Below, piece after piece: positions 17,832 to 25,283 of a DNA stretch of 25,283 nt. The notes under the pieces are model-generated. The model saw only the letters and a program-made list of their open reading frames with translations. It did no database searches and was not told the origin of the DNA. The position numbers and the translations under genes were made by a program. Each line of letters starts with the position of its first letter. Position 1 is the stretch's first letter. Source of the stretch: a virus (lineage: Duplodnaviria > Caudoviricetes); IMG/VR virus record IMGVR_UViG_3300030328_003742, positions 1 through 25,283 of that record. One strand, 5' to 3'.

Positions 17832-18700
17832 AATATCACAAGTGTGTTAATTTTCTTATTTCTATAGGAGCACAAAGCATACCTCATAGTGGTAAAACTT
17901 TTATGGATCATTGCATAAACGTATACAATTTTTTAAGAAAAGGAGACTGTTCTGATGATGTTTGTTATGCTGGTCTTATGCATAGCATTTATGGAAATGA
18001 TATATTTAGTGTTGATTTCAAAATTGAAAGAGAACAAATTAAAAATTTAATTGGGGAAAAAGCTGAAGCTATAGTTTATCATTTTAATAATACACCACGA
18101 GATGTTTTAATGAATGAAAATAATCATGACATTACAGATATTCTTGTAGCAAACGAGTTAGATAATTCTCCTCTTTTTCAAGTTATTGATAATATATTTG
18201 ATGATAATAACAAAGATAAGCTTTACGGAGAGTTTAGAGATTTTAAACCTTGGCGTTTTTTAGGAGCTGGATCAAACATAAACAAGGACAGAAAGTTTAA
18301 TTACATTTTAAATAAAAAAAATAAAATAGATAAAATTTTATTTGAACAAGCTGATAAAATTATTGAAGACAATAATTTAAAAAAATATCTTACATTAAAG
18401 AAAGCGTACGCAAGTGGATATACTCATGGTACAATTCATGAACTACATCGTGATTATACATCAAATGGTTTTAACGAAGTATTTACTTTAATGTTCTATC
18501 TTAACAAAGAATGGGATGTAAGTTTTGGAGGAGAAACAGTGTTTTACTATCCAGAAACAGAATCAATTACCTCTATTTTACCCAGACCTGGTAGAGCTAT
18601 TTTATTTGACGGCTCTATTCTCCACCTTGCAAGAGATCCATCAAGAATATGTGCAGAACTTAGAATGGTTGCAACATTTCAATATGTGGTGGGAAAATGA
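17828..18700 (+). CDS. DUF6817-like (HD-like) domain fused to a 2OG-Fe(II) oxygenase
   Basis: N-terminal PHSGKTFMDHC...VCYAGLMHSIYG. C-terminal VIDNIF...LHRD...MFYLNKEW..GGETVF...LFDGSILH.AR...RMVATF. Confidence 0.8.
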   Translation: MKYHKCVNFLISIGAQSIPHSGKTFMDHCINVYNFLRKGDCSDDVCYAGLMHSIYGNDIFSVDFKIEREQIKNLIGEKAEAIVYHFNNTPRDVLMNENNHDITDILVANELDNSPLFQVIDNIFDDNNKDKLYGEFRDFKPWRFLGAGSNINKDRKFNYILNKKNKIDKILFEQADKIIEDNNLKKYLTLKKAYASGYTHGTIHELHRDYTSNGFNEVFTLMFYLNKEWDVSFGGETVFYYPETESITSILPRPGRAILFDGSILHLARDPSRICAELRMVATFQYVVGK

Positions 18701-19323
18701 AAAATTTTTCATTATCTTCAAATGATCAAGAATGGTTTGTTTTAACACAATTAAATTTTAAACCTAATGGGTTTTTTGTAGATGTCGGTGCAAATGATGG
18801 AGTGCATCATTCCAATACCTTTTTATTGGAAAAAGAATACAATTGGAAAGGAATATTAGCAGATCCTGCAAAAATATGGCAACCAATGTTAAAAGCAAAC
18901 AGAAAAAATTTTATTGAAACAGATTACATTTGGAAAAAAACAGGTGACACTTTAATGTTTAACGAAATAGGTGATTATTCAACAATAGATAAATATATAG
19001 ATTCTGATCAACATGCAGAAATTAGAAAGGGATTAAAAAAAGAAGAGGGTAAAAGATATAAGGTAATCACTTTGTCTTTAGGTGATTTGTTAAAAAAATA
19101 TAATGCACCAAGTACAATAGATTATTTATCTATCGATACGGAGGGTAGTGAATATGAAATTTTAAAAGCCTTTAATTTTACTAAGTATAAGTTTAATATT
19201 ATTACTTGTGAACATAATCACACACCTAATCGTGAAAAAATATATGAACTTTTAGTAAAAAATGGCTATAAAAGAAAATCTACAGAAAAATCAAAACAAG
19301 ATGATTGGTATATAAAACAATGA
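18697..19323 (+). CDS. FkbM-family SAM methyltransferase
   Basis: GFFVDVGANDG..SNTFLLE...WKGILADP...IDYLSIDTEGSEYEIL...ITCEHN. Confidence 0.9.
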   Translation: MKNFSLSSNDQEWFVLTQLNFKPNGFFVDVGANDGVHHSNTFLLEKEYNWKGILADPAKIWQPMLKANRKNFIETDYIWKKTGDTLMFNEIGDYSTIDKYIDSDQHAEIRKGLKKEEGKRYKVITLSLGDLLKKYNAPSTIDYLSIDTEGSEYEILKAFNFTKYKFNIITCEHNHTPNREKIYELLVKNGYKRKSTEKSKQDDWYIKQ

Positions 19324-19916
19324 AAGCACAAACAACAATGTTTGGAAGAATGGTAAAAAAGTATGAAATGCCATTAGAAGCTATTGAAGATATTAATCTT
19401 CGATATGAAGAAGAAAAAGAAAAATTAAATTCTTTTGGTCCTAGATTAGCTGGTCGATTAAATTCAGAAAAAGAATTTACTCATTTACTTGGTCAAACAA
19501 AAATATCTAAAAATATTGTAGACTGCATGAGTGATTATTATGATACATTAGAAAAAGTAGGATTGTGTTTGGAAAGAAAACCTTTAGAAATTTTAAGTTG
19601 TTGGATTAATGATATGAAAGAAGGAGAGTATAATCCTCCTCACACACATCACGATTTAACTGGATGGTCGACAGTTTTATTTTTAAAAGTTCCTGAATTT
19701 ATAAATGATGCAAAAGACCCTCATAAATTTAAAGATGGTTTTATAGGTTTTATTTCTTCAGATGGTGTAGGAACCGTTTGGATGGAACCTAAAGTAGGAG
19801 ATTTTTATATTTTTGAAGCAAGACATCAACATTGTGTGATGCCATTTAAAACAAAAGTAAAAGGGGAAATTAGAAGATCCATGTCATTTAATTTTATAGA
19901 AAAAAATGAAAATTAA
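19320..19916 (+). CDS. 2OG-Fe(II) oxygenase-fold protein (HxH type), paralogue of 8179-8904
   Basis: CWIN...EYNPPHTH...PKVGDFYIF...HCVMPF...RRSMSFN. ATG 19320 preferred because of the ATGA overlap with the FkbM stop. Confidence 0.82.
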   Translation: MKAQTTMFGRMVKKYEMPLEAIEDINLRYEEEKEKLNSFGPRLAGRLNSEKEFTHLLGQTKISKNIVDCMSDYYDTLEKVGLCLERKPLEILSCWINDMKEGEYNPPHTHHDLTGWSTVLFLKVPEFINDAKDPHKFKDGFIGFISSDGVGTVWMEPKVGDFYIFEARHQHCVMPFKTKVKGEIRRSMSFNFIEKNEN

Positions 19917-20463
19917 TTTAGGAGCGGGAAATAAAAAATATGATGGATTTATAAATTTAGATAAATATAAAATTTTTAAACCTGATATTTTACACGACTT
20001 AGAAATTTTTCCATATCCAATAAAGGATAATGAAGTAAACGAAATTAAGCTTTATCATGTCTTAGAGCATCTAGGACAACACCCAGAAACATTTAATAAT
20101 ATTATTAAAGAAATTTATAGAATTTGTTCTAATGAAGCAATTGTTGATATTAGGGTTCCCCATCCAAGACATAATCATTTTTTAGCAGATCCTACACATG
20201 TTAGACCAATAACCACAGAGGGTTTACAACTTTACGATAAAGAACTAAATAACCATTGGAAAAATATAGGTCTTCCAAATTCTCAATTAGCTAATATTCA
20301 TAATATTAACTTTAAAATTATTTATACAAATGTTAAATTAGAAAAAAAATATTATGAACTTTTGATTAATAAAAAAATTAATGAAAAAGACATTGAGGAT
20401 TATATTGAAAAATATAACAACATAATAATTGAAACCCAATATCATTTAAAGGTAATAAAATAA
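19906..20463 (+). CDS. Class I SAM-dependent methyltransferase (type 11-like)
   Basis: KINLGAG..GFINLD, HDLE..PYP, HVLEHL, EIYRI, VPHPR, DPTH. Confidence 0.82.
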   Translation: MKINLGAGNKKYDGFINLDKYKIFKPDILHDLEIFPYPIKDNEVNEIKLYHVLEHLGQHPETFNNIIKEIYRICSNEAIVDIRVPHPRHNHFLADPTHVRPITTEGLQLYDKELNNHWKNIGLPNSQLANIHNINFKIIYTNVKLEKKYYELLINKKINEKDIEDYIEKYNNIIIETQYHLKVIK

Positions 20464-20466
20464 AAA

Positions 20467-21153
20467 ATGTTTAATAAAAAAATAACTTTTTGTGCGACGG
20501 ATGAAAACATGAAAGATATTTGGCCTCATCCAAAACCAGCGTCAAGATTTATACCACCAGAGTATAAAAAATTAGGAAGATTTGTTGAAGATAATCTTCA
20601 CACAGCAACTGTTAAAACTTGTATTCCTTTTTTAGATTCTTTAACAATGGGATACATTATTCCTTTTGATCAAGATTATGTTATAGACCCCACGGAAGAT
20701 GATTTTAGTATTACTCCTGCTAACAAACAACAATCAGACACAGGAATGCATCATAATGTTCAATTACCAAAAGAATGGCATAATACAACAGGCGTAGCTG
20801 CCGGTAAGTTTATGAATAAATGGTTAATAAAAACACCACCAGGCTACAGTTGTTTATTTTTACAACCCATGAATAGATTAGAACTTAGATTTGAAATTAT
20901 ACCTGGGTGTGTTGATACCGACACATACGTAAATGAAATAAATTTTCCATTTATATTACGTAAAAGAGACAAACAGTTTTTAATTAAAAAGGGAGAACCT
21001 ATGATACAAGTTATTCCTTTTAAAAGAGAGTCATGGAAAATGTGGGCTGGATTTTATTTAGAAAAATTACATTTAAAAACTATAAATCTTTTAAACAGTG
21101 AATGGCTAGACAGATATAAAAAAAATTTTTGGCAAAAAAAATCATACAGATAA
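20467..21153 (+). CDS. Conserved phage protein often found beside 2OG oxygenases (possibly DUF6065-like / dUTPase-like fold)
   Basis: TVKTCIPFLD...GYIIP, KFMNKWLIKTPPGYSCLF, PGCVDTD, INFPF, IKKGEPMIQVIPFKR. The fold assignment is tentative. Confidence 0.7.
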   Translation: MFNKKITFCATDENMKDIWPHPKPASRFIPPEYKKLGRFVEDNLHTATVKTCIPFLDSLTMGYIIPFDQDYVIDPTEDDFSITPANKQQSDTGMHHNVQLPKEWHNTTGVAAGKFMNKWLIKTPPGYSCLFLQPMNRLELRFEIIPGCVDTDTYVNEINFPFILRKRDKQFLIKKGEPMIQVIPFKRESWKMWAGFYLEKLHLKTINLLNSEWLDRYKKNFWQKKSYR

Positions 21154-21729
21154 ATGCATATTTCAGCTAACATTGATGATTGTGCTTTAATCATTGATAA
21201 TTTTTTACCTGTTGATTTATTTACAAAAATTTCTAATTTTAATTTTGTTACGGAAGAAAGTTCTTTTGACAAGTGGGATGATAATTTATTTAAAGATCAA
21301 GATAAAAATTTAACTGTAACAGAAGTAAAACAATCTAAAATATTTGCTGAAATTAAAAAAGATAAAATTAAAACAGATTATTCAATATTTAAAGATTTTT
21401 TAAATACTTTTACCAAATGTCCTTTTATTCCATATCAAAAAAATTCTTATATTCATATTTGTTATTATGAATATAAAAAATACTCAGGTATTAATTGGCA
21501 CAATGATGGTGATTATACTTTAAATTATTCTTTTTATATACATGATGAATGGGATGGTAATTGGGGAGGAGAAACTTTAATAGATACAGGAAGAGGATTA
21601 CCTCTTGCTTCATTACCAAAACCCAACTCTCTTTTAATTATTAAAAATGGAATTCACCACAAAGTTAATTGTGTTACAGGACCTAAAAAAAGAAGAGTCC
21701 TACAAATAAGAGGTAATTTTTATGAGTGA
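21154..21729 (+). CDS. Prolyl-4-hydroxylase-like 2OG-Fe(II) oxygenase (HxD type)
   Basis: IIDNFL...INWHND...FYIHDEWDGNWGGETL...IHHKV...RRVLQ. Confidence 0.85.
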   Translation: MHISANIDDCALIIDNFLPVDLFTKISNFNFVTEESSFDKWDDNLFKDQDKNLTVTEVKQSKIFAEIKKDKIKTDYSIFKDFLNTFTKCPFIPYQKNSYIHICYYEYKKYSGINWHNDGDYTLNYSFYIHDEWDGNWGGETLIDTGRGLPLASLPKPNSLLIIKNGIHHKVNCVTGPKKRRVLQIRGNFYE

Positions 21730-22163
21730 TTAGGATCGTAGTTTATCCAAGTTTTTGAAAAATCCCAGTAAGATGAAATTCCAGAAGTTGTTTCCTTAAA
21801 ATCATTTTCATTATTTCCATCATTTACAAATGATGTTTTTGCAGCTTGAATGGCTGTTATAAAATCATCATGAGCTTGGTTAATTTGAGAAATTCTTGTG
21901 TCACAATAATCTAAAAGATTTTGCACGGTGACTGAACCATGTATAGTATCACTTGTAGAATTAAGATTTGTATTACCAGTCATATTACCAGTAGAAACAT
22001 CTTTAAACTGCACTTCATTTTGACCCACTAAATCATTCCAAATAACAGCATGAACTGTATTAGGTAAAGCAGGAAAATTTGTTCCTTTGTGGACCCAATC
22101 AATTTTTTTATCATAATCAGCTATGATGCTTTCGTCAGAGATTACTGTTACATGTGTTGCCAT
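21720..22163 (-). CDS. Tail-fibre-associated protein (assembly chaperone-like), putative
   Basis: Directly downstream of the Collar fibre gene with SD TAGGAG; LPNTVHAVIW..EVQF motif; C-terminal helix. Confidence 0.65.
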   Translation of the reverse strand: MATHVTVISDESIIADYDKKIDWVHKGTNFPALPNTVHAVIWNDLVGQNEVQFKDVSTGNMTGNTNLNSTSDTIHGSVTVQNLLDYCDTRISQINQAHDDFITAIQAAKTSFVNDGNNENDFKETTSGISSYWDFSKTWINYDPNHS

Positions 22164-22171
22164 TTTTTCTC

Positions 22172-22849
22172 CTAATGCTTTATAATATAGTTTACCACCA
22201 CATATGGTGAAAATGTATTTGTGCCTGATGCCGTTACAGCTCCAGTTAAACTTGTTGTAACACTACCTGTTAATGTTCCAGATAACGTGTGTGAATGATT
22301 GTGACCAGTACCGGATCCACTTGATGTTATACATCCATAACCATTGTCTGGTTCAATATTTTTTATACCATTAATACTATGTGAGTTTCCATTTTGAACA
22401 CAAAATCTACAATACTGGTTTTGATCCGTGTACGGAGCAGGATATTTCCAGCAACGCATTTTATGATCGTGAGAAGCTAACTGAGCTGTTGTTAAAGTAG
22501 TATTAGAAATAGATCCTGTTACTGTAACTGATTGGTTATTAGTATTTGTCGCAGCTTGGTTGTTAGTTACAGAAACAGTGACAGTATTAGCACCACCTGT
22601 TCCTGCCATATTATAAGTATTACCATCATAACCTTGAGGCATTTTACCTGCAAGATTAGGAACATTAAAAGTGGTAGAACCATTACCAACCCCATAAGTT
22701 GTAGAAATTACAGCAAATAAATCGGCATAATCTGTTCTTGAAATTGCCGCACCATCACACAATACATAACCTGCTGGAGCTGTTGATTTACCCCAAGGCT
22801 TAATTGCACCTACTTCACTTCTGTTTACTATATCTTGTAAGTTAGCCAT
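22172..22849 (-). CDS. Tail fibre protein with phage tail Collar domain
   Basis: VGAIKPW...APAGYVLCDGAAISRTDYADLFAVISTTYG.GNGSTTFNVPNL (Collar signature), GG...LTTAQLASHDH, HNHSH and PYVVVNYIIK terminus. Confidence 0.92.
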   Translation of the reverse strand: MANLQDIVNRSEVGAIKPWGKSTAPAGYVLCDGAAISRTDYADLFAVISTTYGVGNGSTTFNVPNLAGKMPQGYDGNTYNMAGTGGANTVTVSVTNNQAATNTNNQSVTVTGSISNTTLTTAQLASHDHKMRCWKYPAPYTDQNQYCRFCVQNGNSHSINGIKNIEPDNGYGCITSSGSGTGHNHSHTLSGTLTGSVTTSLTGAVTASGTNTFSPYVVVNYIIKH

Positions 22850-23586
22850 TAGTCGTTATATTTCAACCTCCACCCATTTGTTGAATCGTAATATACCAGA
22901 GCTATACCAGCATTGTTAGTGCTAATTGTTAGATCTGATGCTGCACCCTGAATTTTTTCAGAGTTACGACCAACTGTAATGTTATAAGTAGCGGCACTAC
23001 CTGTGCCATCTATGATTTTAACCTGTTGTCCTATTGAAGGAGAAGCAGGAAGAGTAATTGTAACTACCGCTGCAGAACAATCAACAAAAATATTATCTCC
23101 GTCTGAAGCTGTGTAAGGAGAATCGGTATTATCTTTTTCAATCCATGCTTCACCTAAACCAGCAAGAGAAAAAATATCATACCAGTTTGTACCGTCAGTA
23201 GCCACCATTCGATATTTTCCATTAGTAATAGTAACTGTATTACCTGTTGCACCCAGTCTTGCAGAAATATCTGCGCCACCAGAAATGTTATTATAAATTC
23301 CGTATGTTTTTTGTGTAGCAGGAAATTGAACTGTATGAGTTGTAGAAACTGTTCCACTAAATACTAATTGACTATTTCTAGCCTGGTTGTTTGCTTGAGT
23401 TTGAGGACCATCTCCGTTTGTTAGAGTGGTTGACGTTCCAGTTGTAATTGCTGGTACAGCATAAACACCAGCGATAGCAAATTCAAAAACCTGAGAAAAA
23501 TTGTTATTAGTGATTGTACCCCAAGTACCTGAATTCTCACCGGTAACTTGTAGTTCTGTTCTTAGACCTGTTGAATACGTTGACAT
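22849..23586 (-). CDS. Tail/baseplate structural protein (fibre attachment), with a C-terminal T4 gp34/gp9-10-like repeat
   Basis: STYS...TGENSGTWG.ITN N-terminus. C-terminal YTA..GDNIFVD...TITLPASPSIG..VKIID...NITV.RN..KIQG...DL...LVY....GW. Confidence 0.75.
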   Translation of the reverse strand: MSTYSTGLRTELQVTGENSGTWGTITNNNFSQVFEFAIAGVYAVPAITTGTSTTLTNGDGPQTQANNQARNSQLVFSGTVSTTHTVQFPATQKTYGIYNNISGGADISARLGATGNTVTITNGKYRMVATDGTNWYDIFSLAGLGEAWIEKDNTDSPYTASDGDNIFVDCSAAVVTITLPASPSIGQQVKIIDGTGSAATYNITVGRNSEKIQGAASDLTISTNNAGIALVYYDSTNGWRLKYND

Positions 23587-23602
23587 TTAATCTCCTAATA
23601 AA

Positions 23603-23637
23603 GTTTTATTGAATAATATAAAGTTTGTCAAAACTTT
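23603..23637 (-). promoter_or_regulatory. Putative internal promoter overlapping a short inverted repeat
   Basis: Minus strand TTGACA (23631-23626), 17 nt spacer, TAAAAC (weak -10). Inverted repeat AAAGTTT-gtca-AAACTTT (23620-23637) covers the -35. Confidence 0.35.
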
Positions 23638-24572
23638 TATGCAGCCTTGTGAACTTCTGTCCAACTTATAGAACTGTTAGAATCATCAACTTGAGACCAA
23701 AAGATCCCGCCTAATGTTCCAGTACCAATTGTAGCAGAAACTCCAGTTAATGTAAAGCTTACATCTGTTTGAATATTTACCGTTCCTACTGCTGTAGTGG
23801 CTTCCTCACTTGGAGCCATATAGCTAGTTTCTTGCGTTACATCTCCTTCACTAGCAGTAGCACTAACCCCTGTAACAAAAATAGAGGTTAATACATCACC
23901 CACGGATGAAGTAGCAACTTGACCTGCTGGTTCTACTGTAGGGCTAATAGATATAGAAACGTCTCCTGTATCAGCATCTAATTCTGGTTCCGAAGCTGCA
24001 ACAACGGTTACTTCAGCATCCGCCGTAATAGAATATGTTCCAATAGAACTTGTTAAGCCTTCAGCAGTTGGGGAAAGTATTTGATTAGTAGTTACCGTTG
24101 ATCCCGTTCCACTTGTTGCTGTTAAATCTTCTCCTGTTACCGCATAAGATCCACCAGAAGCACCCCATTGTTGGTCTCCCCAACCAATAGTGGCTCCTGT
24201 AGTAATATCTTTAGATCTATTCCATCCTGCTCTAATTTCTACGGTAGTAGTAACATCTCCTTCTGACGAAGTAGCGGATGTTCCTGTAATAGGGAAAATA
24301 TAATCAGACTGTACAATGTACGTACCTATAGGTTGCCACTCTAATTCATTACCTCCAGGTGTTGCATTAGCAATACCTGTAGCTACCGCATTACCAGCAG
24401 TAGATGTTAACTCATTAGTAGAGGCAACATCAATAGTAATAATTTGATCTGTAACAACTGTTACATCTTCAGTAGATGACGTGAGGCCTTCACCTGTAGC
24501 TTCTACAGGAGCATATTCATTCCATGCACCTGAGCCCCAAGTCAGTCGGCCCCATCCTTGGACGGAAGCCAT
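23637..24572 (-). CDS. Acidic Thr/Ser-rich repetitive virion (tail fibre-like) protein with WG motifs
   Basis: GWGRLTWGSGAW, IGWGDQQWG and about 11 degenerate TGxxxTxxxGxV repeats; SD TAGGAG. Confidence 0.75.
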   Translation of the reverse strand: MASVQGWGRLTWGSGAWNEYAPVEATGEGLTSSTEDVTVVTDQIITIDVASTNELTSTAGNAVATGIANATPGGNELEWQPIGTYIVQSDYIFPITGTSATSSEGDVTTTVEIRAGWNRSKDITTGATIGWGDQQWGASGGSYAVTGEDLTATSGTGSTVTTNQILSPTAEGLTSSIGTYSITADAEVTVVAASEPELDADTGDVSISISPTVEPAGQVATSSVGDVLTSIFVTGVSATASEGDVTQETSYMAPSEEATTAVGTVNIQTDVSFTLTGVSATIGTGTLGGIFWSQVDDSNSSISWTEVHKAA

Positions 24573-24582
24573 AATTTATCTC

Positions 24583-25032
24583 CTATGCGATTCTTAAAAT
24601 TGCAGCAGTAGCTTCAGCAGCAGGGAATGTAATTGTAAATGTTCCAGCAGATGAAGATTTAACTCCACCAAAATCTAAAACACAAACAGCAGCATTCGTA
24701 GTTAATCCTGATACCGTAGAACTATTATAAATTACAGCAGCTTGAGCTGAAATAGTTGCACTGGTAAATGATAAATCAGGTGAAAAATCACAAACAGCCG
24801 TATCTCCAGATAATACTGGTGTTACGGAAGTTAATGCTCCTCCTCCTTCAGCGTAGGTGCCTGAAGCAGCTACTTCATCAGTTTGTTGAAATACTGTTGT
24901 TGATTTACTTAATGTTGCTTCTGAATCGTAAAGCGCTAATTTAAAAGTGTTCCCTGTCGTAGCCGTAAAGTTATGTAGGCCTTTCAGGATCTCCACTTTA
25001 AAACTGTTACAAACAGCTTGATTTATTGCCAT
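24583..25032 (-). CDS. Conserved virion structural protein
   Basis: AINQAVCNSFKVEIL.G.HNF....GNTFKLALY...Y..GG..L...AVCVLDFGG.KSSS.GTFTITFP...AILRIA, a widespread phage structural family following the adaptor; SD TAGGAG. Confidence 0.8.
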   Translation of the reverse strand: MAINQAVCNSFKVEILKGLHNFTATTGNTFKLALYDSEATLSKSTTVFQQTDEVAASGTYAEGGGALTSVTPVLSGDTAVCDFSPDLSFTSATISAQAAVIYNSSTVSGLTTNAAVCVLDFGGVKSSSAGTFTITFPAAEATAAILRIA

Positions 25033-25041
25033 AATAATCTC

Positions 25042-25281
25042 CTATGGGTTCCTTGACTCGAGAGGGATACGAATAACGCCGTCTCGAAATTCGTCTCTAC
25101 GGTCACGCCCCATCTCATATGTGGCTAAATACTGTACAGACTCGTTAAACATTTTATCATAATATTGTATCATATCTGCTGGACCTTTCAAGTATCCAAG
25201 TGCTTGTAAAATACAACCATATAAAAGCACGTTCGGAGCGTTTTGACTTAACCAAGTAGACGTTTGTGTACTGGATAAACC
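25042..25281 (-). CDS. Head-tail adaptor protein, C-terminal part (5' truncated by the window)
   Basis: The frame is open to the window edge: GLSSTQTSTWLSQNAPNVLLYGCILQALGYLKG...GRDRRDEFRDG. TWLSxNAPxxLLYG is the adaptor signature, so the GTG at 25230 is not the true start. Confidence 0.78.
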   Translation of the reverse strand, partial: GLSSTQTSTWLSQNAPNVLLYGCILQALGYLKGPADMIQYYDKMFNESVQYLATYEMGRDRRDEFRDGVIRIPLESRNP

Positions 25282-25283
25282 AT

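Noticed and set aside
8048-21729. Active invertible segment or shufflon
   Set aside because: No recombinase in the window and no long inverted repeats found by eye at candidate ends; one end is a coding overlap.
8179-21729. TET/JBP-type DNA base hypermodification cluster
   Set aside because: I do not recognise TET/JBP-specific features, and no DNA cytosine methyltransferase or nucleotide kinase is adjacent; the context is virion genes. Not excluded, but unsupported.
22172-22849. Diversity-generating retroelement targeting the fibre
   Set aside because: No reverse transcriptase and no second copy (template repeat) of the fibre sequence in the window.
12409-23357. Track ORFs 12409-12603, 12707-12931, 15150-15377, 18525-18725, 21054-21272, 22532-22720 and 23154-23357
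   Set aside because: Overlap better-supported genes in other frames or on the other strand, and their composition is typical of off-frame translation.
1-25283. tRNA, rRNA, CRISPR array, IS element, stop-codon recoding
   Set aside because: Coding density under the standard code is near complete, the intergenic spaces are too short and lack such structures, and no regularly spaced repeats were seen.

Overview
AT-rich tailed-phage (short-tailed/podovirus-like, resembling uncultured marine/pelagiphage-type genomes; lineage is inference) virion morphogenesis region. Minus strand: head-tail adaptor (partial, right edge), tail structural genes, a Collar-domain tail fibre with its downstream partner (21.7-25.3 kb), and a run of translationally coupled internal-virion/ejection-type genes (0.1-8.0 kb). 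The left edge holds the 3' end of a SNF2-type helicase. Between these, 8.2-21.7 kb is almost entirely plus strand. It carries ten 2OG-Fe(II) oxygenase-fold genes, two glycosyltransferases and three SAM methyltransferases, interleaved with a tail nozzle/stabilisation gene and three small conserved virion-module genes that point opposite to the other structural genes. Two enzyme genes appear to use non-AUG starts (ATC at 14870, CTG at 15703). The 15703 gene, a 55-aa gene at 14336 and the partial helicase at the left edge are missing from the supplied ORF track. No tRNA, rRNA, CRISPR array, integrase or transposase was seen. All family names come from motif recognition by eye, not from database searches.
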